Both the position numbers and the translations under genes were made by a program. 64,000 bases of DNA from an uncultured Allomuricauda sp. (GTDB lineage Bacteria > Bacteroidota > Bacteroidia > Flavobacteriales > Flavobacteriaceae), in assembly GCA_947495325.1 (NCBI GenBank), contig CANLYK010000005.1, forward strand, positions 79,894 to 143,893, in the 5' to 3' direction. Numbering within the stretch: position 1 is the stretch's first letter; every line of letters starts with the position of its first letter. This document shows positions 9,866-19,694 of the stretch, piece after piece. The notes under the pieces were generated by a model that worked only from the letters and a program-made list of their open reading frames with translations, did no database searches and was not told the origin of the DNA.

Positions 9866-10645
9866 ATGGATTTAGAATTAAAGGATAAAGTTATAATTGT
9901 AACCGGAGGTTCCTCTGGAATTGGTAAAGGAATATGTTTAGCTTTAGCTCAAGAAGGAGCCATACTATTCATTCTTGGCAGAAATAAAGAAAATTTAATC
10001 GCCACAGTTTCCCAAATTGAAAATGATGGTGGCCAGGCCAGTTATTTTATTGCTGAGCTTACGGATCCTGAGCAGTGTAAAGATGCAGTGAATACTGCAA
10101 TAGATACATATAAGCGAATAGATGGATTGGTTAACAATGCTGGAATTAATGACTCTGTTGGTCTAGAAAATGGAAACCATGCTGATTTTGTAAGATCCAT
10201 ACATCGTAATCTTACCCATTATTACCTTATGGCGCAGAATGCGTTACCAGAATTAAAGAAAAGCAAGGGAGCAATTGTGAACATTGGTTCCAAAACCTCA
10301 TTCACGGGACAAGGAGGAACATCAGGTTATGCTGCGGCCAATGGAGGCCGAAACGCACTGACCCGCGAATGGGCAGTGGAATTGCTTCCATATTCAATTC
10401 GGGTCAATGCTCTTATTGTGGCGGAATGTTATACCCCATTGTATGAAAAATGGATAAAAACATTTGAAAATCCAGAAGAGAAACTAAGTGAAATTACCGA
10501 TAAGATTCCTTTAGAGAATAGAATGACCACTACTACAGAAATAGCTGATATGGTGTCATTCCTGCTTTCAAAAAAATCAAGCCATACAACAGGCCAACTA
10601 ATATTTGTTGATGGTGGGTATACCCACTTGGACAGATCTTTATAA
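9866..10645 (+). CDS. SDR-family dehydrogenase with an atypical YxxxN active-site motif. Candidate L-fucose 1-dehydrogenase.
   Basis: 259 aa with VTGGSSGIGKG and NNAG. The catalytic segment reads S-G-Y-A-A-A-N-G-G (10328-10342), so Asn sits where SDRs normally have the YxxxK lysine. Confidence 0.75.
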   Translation: MDLELKDKVIIVTGGSSGIGKGICLALAQEGAILFILGRNKENLIATVSQIENDGGQASYFIAELTDPEQCKDAVNTAIDTYKRIDGLVNNAGINDSVGLENGNHADFVRSIHRNLTHYYLMAQNALPELKKSKGAIVNIGSKTSFTGQGGTSGYAAANGGRNALTREWAVELLPYSIRVNALIVAECYTPLYEKWIKTFENPEEKLSEITDKIPLENRMTTTTEIADMVSFLLSKKSSHTTGQLIFVDGGYTHLDRSL

Positions 10646-10662
10646 ATTATTAAAAACCAAAC

Positions 10663-11973
10663 ATGGAAGAAAACCAAAAACCACCAGTAGTATCAAAAAA
10701 AGTAATAATTCCCTTTATTTTGATAACCTCTTTATTTGCACTTTGGGGATTTGCCAATGCGGTAACAGACCCAATGGTTCAGGCATTTAAAAAAGTATTG
10801 GAGCTTTCAAACGCACAGGCTTCTTGGGTACAGATGGCTTTTTATGGCGGATATTTTTGCATGGCCTTACCAGCGGCACTTTTTGTGCGAAAGTATTCTT
10901 ATAAAGTAGGGGTTTTGATTGGGCTGGCATTGTTTGCAGGAGGAGCATTATTGTTTTATCCTGCAGCCACAACGGAACAATTCTGGTTTTTTTGCTTGGG
11001 ATTGTACATTCTTACTTTTGGGCTAGCATTTTTAGAAACTACATCCAATCCCTATATTTTGGCAATGGGACACCCGAAAACGGCAACACAAAGACTAAAT
11101 TTAGCTCAGGCATTCAACCCAGTAGGTTTAATATTGGGGCTTCTGGTAGCGCAGCAGTTTGTATTGAAAAATCTGCAATCTGATGATATCGAAAACTATT
11201 CCGTACTGGATGAAGCCAAAAAGGCCCTAATTCGGACATCGGATTTGGCGGTAATCCGAGATCCTTATGTTATGCTGGGACTGGTTATTATTGGGGTGTT
11301 TATTTTGATAGCTGTAAATAAGATGCCCCAAGCCAAAGGAGATGGGGAAATTCCAAGTGTAGGAAGAATATTTTCCTATCTTTTCTCAAATAAAAAATAC
11401 GCTTTGGGAGTAATTGCCCAAATATGTAATGTTGGCGCACAAATTATGTGCTGGACCTATATTTATCAATATGCAGAGGCTATTGGTATAGACAGTGAAA
11501 CCGCTGCCAATTATCAGTTTGCGGCATTTATCCTTTTCTTGGTCGGGCGGGCTATTGGCACATACCTGCTTCGATTTGTTTCCTCAGGTAGATTATTGAT
11601 GTATTTTTCTTTACTAGCTGGTTTGGCGGCTGTTGGGACAATGGCCATTGATGGTATGCTAGGGCTATATTGTTTAGTCGCCGCATCGTTTTTTATGTCA
11701 CTGATGTTTCCAACAATATATGGTACTGCACTGGAAGGCTTGGATGAGGAACAATCAAAAATTGGAGCCGCAGGTCTTATTATGGCAATTGTAGGCGGGG
11801 CGGTAATGCCAGGTTTGCAAGGTTTGATAATTGATGTTGGTGGAGTAGGAGTTAGTGACACAAAGATCTTGGGAATGGCAGAAGTTAATTTTTCATTTAT
11901 ACTGCCCTTAGTTTGCTTTATCTTCATAGCGTATTATGGAAGTAAAGTACATAAAATCTTAATGGGCAAATAA
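10663..11973 (+). CDS. fucP: L-fucose:H+ symporter (MFS)
   Basis: 436 aa with 12 TM-like segments. It is strongly collinear with remembered E. coli FucP (IIPFILITSLFALWGFAN..., LETTSNPYI, RLNLAQAFNPVG). Confidence 0.9.
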   Translation: MEENQKPPVVSKKVIIPFILITSLFALWGFANAVTDPMVQAFKKVLELSNAQASWVQMAFYGGYFCMALPAALFVRKYSYKVGVLIGLALFAGGALLFYPAATTEQFWFFCLGLYILTFGLAFLETTSNPYILAMGHPKTATQRLNLAQAFNPVGLILGLLVAQQFVLKNLQSDDIENYSVLDEAKKALIRTSDLAVIRDPYVMLGLVIIGVFILIAVNKMPQAKGDGEIPSVGRIFSYLFSNKKYALGVIAQICNVGAQIMCWTYIYQYAEAIGIDSETAANYQFAAFILFLVGRAIGTYLLRFVSSGRLLMYFSLLAGLAAVGTMAIDGMLGLYCLVAASFFMSLMFPTIYGTALEGLDEEQSKIGAAGLIMAIVGGAVMPGLQGLIIDVGGVGVSDTKILGMAEVNFSFILPLVCFIFIAYYGSKVHKILMGK

Positions 11974-11981
11974 AAAATAAG

Positions 11982-12311
11982 ATGAAACGTCATTGTTTTG
12001 CATTGGACTTAAAAGATGATTCTGAATTAATTTCGGAGTACAAAAAATACCATCAAAATGTATGGCCTGAGATTATTGAAAGTATTAAAACCTCTGGAAT
12101 AGAAAGATTGGATATCTACTTGGTGGAAAATAGGTTATTTATGATAATGGATGTTAATGATACCTTCTCATTTGAAGCAAAAGAAAAAACAGATGAGAAT
12201 AACCCAAAAGTCCAAGAATGGGAAACCTTGATGTGGAAATATCAACAAGCACTTCCAAAAGCGCAGCCTGGAGAAAAATGGAGATTGATGGAACATATTT
12301 TTGAATTATGA
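11982..12311 (+). CDS. RhaM-family (DUF718) aldose mutarotase, likely acting on L-fucose here
   Basis: 109 aa. The pattern Y..YH..VWPE...... and its length match L-rhamnose mutarotase YiiL. It lies directly after fucP. Confidence 0.8.
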   Translation: MKRHCFALDLKDDSELISEYKKYHQNVWPEIIESIKTSGIERLDIYLVENRLFMIMDVNDTFSFEAKEKTDENNPKVQEWETLMWKYQQALPKAQPGEKWRLMEHIFEL

Positions 12312-13465
12312 GCAAGAAATTATCATTAAATACAAACTACCCTTCTATATCTGATTTAAGGGAAAGGGCTAAGAAAAAAATTCCAAAGTTTGCATTTGAG
12401 TACTTGGATGGAGGTTGCAACGAAGATGTCAATCTGCATAAAAACACTGCTGAGATTCGAGATGTTGAGTTGTTGCCTTACTATTTGAGCAAACATACTG
12501 GGTCTACTATGAAAACCAATCTCTTTGGTCAAACATATGATGCACCTTTTGGAATAGCACCAGTTGGATTACAAGGACTTATGTGGCCCAATTCCCCGGA
12601 AATCTTGGCAAAAGCAGCTTTTGAGCATAACATTCCTTTTATATTAAGTACGGTAACCACAAGCAGCATTGAACGAGTTGCTGAAATAACCGAGGGAAAA
12701 GCGTGGTTTCAATTGTACCATCCAACGGAGAATAGTTTACGGGATGATATCATCAAAAGAGCTGATGCTGCCGAATGCCCTGTACTGGTAATTCTATGTG
12801 ATGTGCCAACATTCGGTTTTAGACCAAGAGATATAAGAAACGGATTGGCCATGCCACCAAAAATGAACATAAAGAATATAATCCAAGTTTTTGGCAGACC
12901 ACATTGGGCTTTACAAACCCTTAAATATGGACAACCAAACTTTCAGACTTTAAAACCATATATGCCCAAAAACTTGGATTTGAAACAATTGGGAAAATTC
13001 ATGGACCAAACCTTTTCCGGTAGGCTTAACGAAGAAAAAATTAAGCCTATACGGGATATGTGGAAAGGGAAGTTGGTGTTAAAAGGTGTTGCAAACGAAG
13101 CTGATGCAGAAAAAGCCATAAAGTTAGGTCTTGATGGTGTTATTGTATCCAATCATGGAGGAAGACAATTGGACGCCGGTGAATCAACGATTAAACCACT
13201 TTCTCGGATAGCGGAAAAATATGGAGATAAAATTACGGTAATGATGGACAGTGGTCTGCGCTCTGGACCGGATGTTGCTAGATCGTTAGCATCTGGAGCA
13301 GCATTTACCTTTATGGGAAGATCCTTTATGTATGGCGTTTCTGCATTGGGTAAAAAAGGAGGGGATCATACCATATCATTATTAAAAACAGAGCTTCAAC
13401 AAGTAATGGAACAAATTTGCTGTGAAAAAATAGAAGATTTTCCAGCGCATTTAATCAAAAAATAA
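12308..13465 (+). CDS. lldD: FMN-dependent alpha-hydroxy-acid dehydrogenase/oxidase, LldD-like L-lactate dehydrogenase
   Basis: 385 aa, collinear with E. coli LldD (FEYLDGG, PFGIAPVGL, WFQLY, GVIVSNHGGRQLD, DSGLRSGPDV). It has a 4-nt ATGA overlap with the mutarotase gene. Confidence 0.85.
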   Translation: MSKKLSLNTNYPSISDLRERAKKKIPKFAFEYLDGGCNEDVNLHKNTAEIRDVELLPYYLSKHTGSTMKTNLFGQTYDAPFGIAPVGLQGLMWPNSPEILAKAAFEHNIPFILSTVTTSSIERVAEITEGKAWFQLYHPTENSLRDDIIKRADAAECPVLVILCDVPTFGFRPRDIRNGLAMPPKMNIKNIIQVFGRPHWALQTLKYGQPNFQTLKPYMPKNLDLKQLGKFMDQTFSGRLNEEKIKPIRDMWKGKLVLKGVANEADAEKAIKLGLDGVIVSNHGGRQLDAGESTIKPLSRIAEKYGDKITVMMDSGLRSGPDVARSLASGAAFTFMGRSFMYGVSALGKKGGDHTISLLKTELQQVMEQICCEKIEDFPAHLIKK

Positions 13466-13490
13466 AAATTTTCAGAATTAGAGATTAAAC

Positions 13491-16400
13491 ATGGAAATAA
13501 AAAAGGTTTTAGTTGCCAATAGAGGGGAAATTGCAATTCGTATTTTTAGGGCCTGCGTTGAAATTGGCCTAAAAACAGTTGGGATTTATACGTATGAAGA
13601 TAGGTACTCCTTACACCGTTATAAAGCGGATGAATCATATCAGATTGGAGAAGATTCAGACCCCTTAAAACCATACTTGGACATAGATGCGATAATTACA
13701 ATCGCTAAAAAGAATAATGTTGATGCTATTCATCCAGGATATGGCTTTTTATCTGAAAATGCCGAATTGGCACAAAAATGTGCTGACAACGAAATCGTTT
13801 TCGTAGGTCCAAAGGTTTCGGTTTTAAAGGCCCTGGGAGATAAAATAACTGCAAAAGAGGTCGCGGTAGCGAATAATGTCCCCATTATCAGAAGTAGTAG
13901 CAAAGATTTAGATACTATTGATATAGCTTTAAGTGAAGCGGATGTTATTGGATATCCTATTATGCTAAAAGCAGCATCCGGAGGAGGAGGACGTGGAATG
14001 CGGGTCATCCGTACTCCTGAGGACTTAAAAAAAGGCTATCCGGAAGCAAAACGTGAAGCCTTGAATGCTTTCGGGGATGATACCGTGTTTTTGGAAAAAT
14101 TTGTTGAGAATCCGAAGCATATAGAGATTCAGATTGTTGCGGATACCCATGGAAATATTGTCCATCTCTATGAAAGAGATTGTTCCGTGCAACGTCGTTA
14201 TCAAAAGGTAATTGAATTTGCACCTTCTATTGGATTACCACAAGAAACACGCGATAGTCTTTATAAATATGCTGTTGATATTTGCAAAGCAGTTGACTAT
14301 AACAATATAGGCACCGTAGAGTTTTTGGTTGATGAAGATGGGAGCATTTATTTTATAGAGGTAAACCCTAGAATACAAGTTGAGCACACCGTTACCGAAA
14401 TGATTACGAATATCGATTTGGTAAAGGCACAATTGTTTATTGCTGGGGGATACAAACTCTCTGATCAACAAATTAAGATCAAGGATCAAGAATCCATCAA
14501 GATTACTGGATATGCACTGCAATGCAGAATTACAACTGAAGATCCAGCCAATGATTTTAAGCCAGATTATGGTGTGGTAACAACCTATCGAAGTGCTTCA
14601 GGATTGGGAATTCGTTTAGATGCGGGAAGCATATATCAGGGTGTACGTATCTCTCCTTTCTTTGATTCCATGCTGGTAAAAGTTTCAGCACTGAGCAGGA
14701 CCTTGGACGGTTCCTGCCGTAAAATGCGTAGGGCATTGGCAGAGTTCCGTATTAGGGGAATCAATACCAACATGGCCTTTTTGGATAATATCTTGAGCCA
14801 TCCCACATTTAGGGAAGGGAAGGTTACGGTTAACTTTATTAAGAATGAACCGGCACTTTTTGAGATTAAGGAATCCAGAAACCGGGCCAACAAGGTTGTA
14901 CAGTATTTGGCGGAAACCATCGTTAATGGGAATCCAGATGTAAAAAAGGTAAACCCAGACCACGTTTTTTCAAAACCTATTATACCTACATTTCCTAAAA
15001 ACGAGCCTTATTCAAAGGGTACTAAAGACTTGTTAACAGAACTGGGTCCCGAGCAATTTGCAGCATGGTTAAAGAATGAAAAAAAGGTTCATTTTACAGA
15101 TACTACAATGCGCGATGCGCACCAGAGTCTTTTGGCGACTCGCATGCGTACCACGGATATGTTGAAGGTTGCTGAAGGTTTTGCAAAGAATCACCCAGAA
15201 ATTTTCAGCATGGAAGTATGGGGAGGTGCCACTTTTGATGTTTGTTTACGATTCCTTAAGGAAAATCCATGGGAGCGTTTGGCATCATTGCGCAAAGCAA
15301 TGCCCAATTTATTGCTCCAGATGTTGATTCGTGGTTCAAACGGAGTCGGATATACCGCTTATCCGGACAATTTGATTGAAAAATTTGTAGAGCAATCCTG
15401 GGAAACAGGAGTGGATGTTTTCCGTATTTTCGATTCGCTTAATTGGATGAAATCTATTGCCCCATGTATTGAACATGTTAGAAATAGAACCCAAGGTCTT
15501 GCAGAAGCGTCTATTTGCTATACAGGTGATATTTTGGACACCACAAAAACAAAATACAACTTAAAGTATTATATACAACTTGCCAAGGATGTTGAAAATG
15601 CTGGAGCCCATATTTTAGGGGTAAAGGATATGGCAGGGCTTCTTAAACCGGGAGCAGCATATGAACTTATTTCAGCTTTAAAATCAGAGATTAATATTCC
15701 AATTCATTTGCATACCCATGATACCTCGTCCATTCAGGCAGCAATGTATTTAAAGGCAATTGAGGCAGGGGTTGATGTGGTTGACGTGGCTTTGGGAGGA
15801 CTTTCAGGTCTTACTTCCCAGCCTAACTTTAATTCGGTAACGGAAATGCTACGTTTCCACGAGCGTGAAAACAAGCTTGACACGGAAAAGCTTGCTGAAT
15901 ATTCAAACTATTGGGAAACCGTAAGAAACTATTACTACCCTTTTGAATCTGGACTTAAGGCAGGAACAGGAGAAGTATACTCCCATGAAATTCCGGGAGG
16001 ACAATATTCTAATTTAAAGGGTCAAGCGATTGCCTTAGGGTTGGAAGACAAGTTTCCGGAGGTGACCAAAATGTATGGAGAGGTAAATCAACTTTTTGGG
16101 GATATAGTTAAGGTTACACCAAGCTCCAAAGTTGTTGGAGATATGGCACAGTATCTAATCAGTAATGGTTTGACCGTTGAAGATGTTTTGGAACGTGGAG
16201 AGACTATTTCTTTTCCGCAATCGGTAATCAGCTTCTTTAGAGGAGATTTGGGACAACCCGTTGGTGGTTTTCCAAAAAAGCTTCAGAAAATCATTTTAAA
16301 AGATGAAAAACCATATACAGATAGGCCAAATGCCCATCTGGAATCTATAGATTTTGACAAGGAATTTAAAGCTTTCAAACGAAAATTTAAGAAAGGAATG

Positions 16401-16943
16401 GGTCGTGATTTGCAGATAACCGATTTTCTTTCCTATAAATTGTACCCAAAAGTTTTTCAAGATGCATATGATCACCATGTACTCTATGGAAATGTGCTGA
16501 ACATACCGACCAAAAATTTCTTCTATGGCATGGATGTAGGAGAGGAGATTATGGTTGAGATTGACCAAGGAAAAAATATTTTGGTACAGTTACAACTCGT
16601 TGGAGAACCGGATAGTTCTGGTAATGTGAATTTATTTTTTAAAGTGAATGGCCAATTGAGCAACGTCATTGTGAAGGATAAATCCATCAAGGTTGAGAAA
16701 AAGGAAAATGTAAAAGCAGATAGCTCCAACCCAAAGGAAATTGGTTCTCCATTGCAGGGATTATTGTCAAATGTTCTGGTGAAGAAAGGTCAGGAGATAA
16801 AGAAAAATCAGCCTTTGTTCATTATTGAAGCCATGAAAATGGAAACCACGGTTACCGCAACAGAGGAAGGAATTGTGGATCGTATTCAATTGACATCTGG
16901 TTCACTGGTAAACAGCGATGATTTGATTCTGGTTTTGAAATAG
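13491..16943 (+). CDS. pyc: Pyruvate carboxylase, single-chain (biotin carboxylase + carboxyltransferase + BCCP)
   Basis: 1150 aa with an ATP-grasp domain (KAASGGGGRGMRV), a carboxyltransferase domain (FTDTTMRDAHQSLLATR) and a C-terminal biotinyl domain containing EAMKMET. Confidence 0.93.
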   Translation: MEIKKVLVANRGEIAIRIFRACVEIGLKTVGIYTYEDRYSLHRYKADESYQIGEDSDPLKPYLDIDAIITIAKKNNVDAIHPGYGFLSENAELAQKCADNEIVFVGPKVSVLKALGDKITAKEVAVANNVPIIRSSSKDLDTIDIALSEADVIGYPIMLKAASGGGGRGMRVIRTPEDLKKGYPEAKREALNAFGDDTVFLEKFVENPKHIEIQIVADTHGNIVHLYERDCSVQRRYQKVIEFAPSIGLPQETRDSLYKYAVDICKAVDYNNIGTVEFLVDEDGSIYFIEVNPRIQVEHTVTEMITNIDLVKAQLFIAGGYKLSDQQIKIKDQESIKITGYALQCRITTEDPANDFKPDYGVVTTYRSASGLGIRLDAGSIYQGVRISPFFDSMLVKVSALSRTLDGSCRKMRRALAEFRIRGINTNMAFLDNILSHPTFREGKVTVNFIKNEPALFEIKESRNRANKVVQYLAETIVNGNPDVKKVNPDHVFSKPIIPTFPKNEPYSKGTKDLLTELGPEQFAAWLKNEKKVHFTDTTMRDAHQSLLATRMRTTDMLKVAEGFAKNHPEIFSMEVWGGATFDVCLRFLKENPWERLASLRKAMPNLLLQMLIRGSNGVGYTAYPDNLIEKFVEQSWETGVDVFRIFDSLNWMKSIAPCIEHVRNRTQGLAEASICYTGDILDTTKTKYNLKYYIQLAKDVENAGAHILGVKDMAGLLKPGAAYELISALKSEINIPIHLHTHDTSSIQAAMYLKAIEAGVDVVDVALGGLSGLTSQPNFNSVTEMLRFHERENKLDTEKLAEYSNYWETVRNYYYPFESGLKAGTGEVYSHEIPGGQYSNLKGQAIALGLEDKFPEVTKMYGEVNQLFGDIVKVTPSSKVVGDMAQYLISNGLTVEDVLERGETISFPQSVISFFRGDLGQPVGGFPKKLQKIILKDEKPYTDRPNAHLESIDFDKEFKAFKRKFKKGMGRDLQITDFLSYKLYPKVFQDAYDHHVLYGNVLNIPTKNFFYGMDVGEEIMVEIDQGKNILVQLQLVGEPDSSGNVNLFFKVNGQLSNVIVKDKSIKVEKKENVKADSSNPKEIGSPLQGLLSNVLVKKGQEIKKNQPLFIIEAMKMETTVTATEEGIVDRIQLTSGSLVNSDDLILVLK

Positions 16944-16973
16944 GAACAGTTTATTAGATGCTAAGACTTTGTT

Positions 16974-18248
16974 CTAATCCATAAATAATTTGGGTAAGAA
17001 CAGTGAAATCTCAGGAAAGAGGGTAACTAGAATTAAAACCAAGAACGATATCCCCAGAAATGGAAGACTGGATTTACTGACCTCGGACATTGAAACTTTT
17101 CCTATGCTTGATGAAACAAATAAACAGATACCTACTGGAGGTGTTGTCAAGCCAATCATAAGATTGAGCACAGCGATTACCGCAAAATGAATTGGGTCTA
17201 CTCCAACGGCCAATGCAACTTTCAACAAGATTGGAAAAAGAACCAATAGTGCTGCAATGGTTTCCATAAAGGTTCCCACGAATATCAACAGTATGTTTAT
17301 CAAGAGCAAGACCACAAATTTATTGTTTGAAAAATCAAGTATTCCTTCGGAAATTACTTGAGGAAGTCTTTCTGTAAGCAAAATCCAGCCAAATAAATTG
17401 GCAAATCCGATTAAGACCATTAGTGAGGCGGAAGTCTTCATGGAATCCAGGACAATGTGCTGAATATTTTTTAGGTTGAGTTTTTTATAAACGAATGTAC
17501 CTATTAGCAATGCATATAAAACAGCTATAATTGAAGCTTCGGTAGGGGTGAAGATGCCACCAACAATTCCAAAGAGGATTATAAAAGTCATTAAAAGTGA
17601 CCAAAATGTATCTAAAAAACCTTTGGCTACCTGCTTAAAACTACTTCTTGGGTGTTTTGGATATTTTCTTTTTTTTGAGATGTAATACGCAACTCCCATC
17701 ATTCCCATACCCAGCAATAAACCTGGAATAGCTCCTGCAAGGAACAATCGGCCAACAGACAAACCACTTAATGTTGCCGCTATGATCATAGGGACACTAG
17801 GAGGGATAATTGGCCCAACGGTGGAGGAGGAGGCAGTTACAGCACATGAAAAACCAGCATCGTAGCCTTCTTTTTTCATGGCTGGAATTATAACAGCACC
17901 TATACTTGCCGTATCGGAAATGGCTGTTCCAGAAATTCCAGCAAAGAGCATGGAAGTTCCAATATTTGCCAAAGCCAACCCGCCTCGAATATGCCCCATA
18001 AGGTGATTGCAAAACGCTATGATTTTTTCCGTTAACCCTCCTGCATTCATAAGATTACCAGACAGAATAAAACCGGGCACACTCAGTAGAATAAATACAT
18101 CTATTCCAGAATACATTTTGGCTGGAAGTATAACTAAAGGTATTCCCTTTACCAGAACATAGGCCAAACAGGATATCCCCAATGAAAAAGCAATTGGAAA
18201 CCTGAGGACAAGACAAACAATAAAAACTAGTATCAGAACTGTTATCAT
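16974..18248 (-). CDS. dctM: TRAP transporter large permease (DctM family)
   Basis: Polytopic membrane protein. I place the start at the ATG at 18248 (MITVLILVF...), which forms an ATGA overlap with the dctQ stop. The ORF-track start at 18296 would add 16 non-hydrophobic residues inside dctQ. Confidence 0.88.
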   Translation of the reverse strand: MITVLILVFIVCLVLRFPIAFSLGISCLAYVLVKGIPLVILPAKMYSGIDVFILLSVPGFILSGNLMNAGGLTEKIIAFCNHLMGHIRGGLALANIGTSMLFAGISGTAISDTASIGAVIIPAMKKEGYDAGFSCAVTASSSTVGPIIPPSVPMIIAATLSGLSVGRLFLAGAIPGLLLGMGMMGVAYYISKKRKYPKHPRSSFKQVAKGFLDTFWSLLMTFIILFGIVGGIFTPTEASIIAVLYALLIGTFVYKKLNLKNIQHIVLDSMKTSASLMVLIGFANLFGWILLTERLPQVISEGILDFSNNKFVVLLLINILLIFVGTFMETIAALLVLFPILLKVALAVGVDPIHFAVIAVLNLMIGLTTPPVGICLFVSSSIGKVSMSEVSKSSLPFLGISFLVLILVTLFPEISLFLPKLFMD

Positions 18249-18703
18249 TTGGTTTTTTTTAGGTTGGTTTTTAAACTGTAAAATGCATAAATGCAAATAG
18301 ATAAGGACATTACAACAATACTTGTAAATGCTATGGCCATGGGTGCACCCAAGCTAGGCGAACTTTCAGGGATTCCCAAAGCAACGTACTGCAATGCAAA
18401 AATCCCAACGATAGAGAACAGCACAAAAATTGAGAGTGAAATGAGGACTTCTACAATTTGTTGGTGTTTGGGTTTTAATTTGTTGTAAAATATATCCAAA
18501 CTCACATAATAGTCATCCTTCATTGCCAATCCAGCTGCAAAACTCATTGCATACACAAAAAAGAAACGTGAAGCTTCCTCTGTCCAAGACGGTGCGCTAT
18601 CCATCAAAAACCGTGCATAAATTTGCGTCAATGTTGCACTTAGAAACCCTAAGGTGCTAATTAGGGTGCCAAGTTTCAATATGCGTTCAATGAGTTTTTT
18701 CAT
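18245..18703 (-). CDS. dctQ: TRAP transporter small permease (DctQ family)
   Basis: 152 aa with four TM-like segments, between dctP and dctM, with 4-nt overlaps on both sides. Confidence 0.85.
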   Translation of the reverse strand: MKKLIERILKLGTLISTLGFLSATLTQIYARFLMDSAPSWTEEASRFFFVYAMSFAAGLAMKDDYYVSLDIFYNKLKPKHQQIVEVLISLSIFVLFSIVGIFALQYVALGIPESSPSLGAPMAIAFTSIVVMSLSICIYAFYSLKTNLKKTK

Positions 18704-19683
18704 TCTCTCTCTTTTTTCATTTCCTGCACTTGAAAGTACACTTCTTTCATTTCTGGAGACAAGCTATTAAATAGCGCATCACTACACTTCTGGTTAAAAG
18801 CATCTTTGTCTACCTCAACGAAGGTCATACCCTTATTTTCAAGTTCTTGTTGAACACTTTTTTCATTGTTGATAAAAAGTCGATGTTCATAGTGTACCAT
18901 TTCGGCAGCGCACTCGTCAAATATTTTCTTTAGGTCATCAGGAAAAGATTGATATTGCTTTTCTCCAATTACAGGATAGGTCCAGCTTACAACATGTGCG
19001 GTTAGATTGATGTATTCCTGTACTTCCGCAAAGCCGGCACTGTTAATCATGGCAAAAGGATTTTCCTGTGCTTGAATGGTACCTTGCTGCAAGGAGGTAA
19101 ATACCTCAGAAAATGCCATGGGAGTTGGTTTTGCCCCTAAGGCTTCCCACGCTGTTACAAATGAAGGTACGCTTGGAACACGTATAATAAGTCCCTTCAA
19201 ATCATCTGGATGCTTGATGGGTCTATTTGAGGTAAGGTGTCTGGGTCCTCTCTGAAAATACCCCATGGTTCTTAAACCAGTTTTCGTTCGCATTTCACTA
19301 TCAATCTTTTGTCCGATAGGACCATTGATAAGGTTTTGCATGTCTATGGAATCTCTCAATAAAAAGGGCATTTCACTAAAAGCAACAATTTCAATCCAAT
19401 TGTTGAGCATGGAACCTGTAGTGGTCATATCTATTACCCCAGCTTGAATAAGCCGAATTGCCTCTATTTCTTTGGCCAGTTGTTCTGAGTGATAGTTTTC
19501 AACCTTTATTCTACCATTGGAACGCTCCTCTATTTGTGCTGCAAAATATTCAAAGGCTTGGTACCAGGTATGGTTTTCATTGACCAAGTGACTTGCCCTC
19601 AGCAAAAATTCAGGTTCGTCTTTTTCTTGGCAGCCCAAAAAAAAGAAAACGAAAAAAAGGCCAAATAGTGCTATTCTTTGCAT
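18700..19683 (-). CDS. dctP: TRAP transporter substrate-binding protein (DctP family), lipoprotein
   Basis: 327 aa with lipobox FFLGC. DctP-like segments are present (ENPF... , DDLKGLIIRVP). It is the first gene of a P-Q-M triplet. Confidence 0.85.
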   Translation of the reverse strand: MQRIALFGLFFVFFFLGCQEKDEPEFLLRASHLVNENHTWYQAFEYFAAQIEERSNGRIKVENYHSEQLAKEIEAIRLIQAGVIDMTTTGSMLNNWIEIVAFSEMPFLLRDSIDMQNLINGPIGQKIDSEMRTKTGLRTMGYFQRGPRHLTSNRPIKHPDDLKGLIIRVPSVPSFVTAWEALGAKPTPMAFSEVFTSLQQGTIQAQENPFAMINSAGFAEVQEYINLTAHVVSWTYPVIGEKQYQSFPDDLKKIFDECAAEMVHYEHRLFINNEKSVQQELENKGMTFVEVDKDAFNQKCSDALFNSLSPEMKEVYFQVQEMKKERE

Positions 19684-19694
19684 GTAATCCTTTA

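Noticed and set aside
16944-16973. Possible bidirectional terminator between convergent pyc and dctM (GAACA...TGTTC)
   Set aside because: It has only a 5-bp stem with a roughly 21-nt loop and no U-tract, which is too weak to call.
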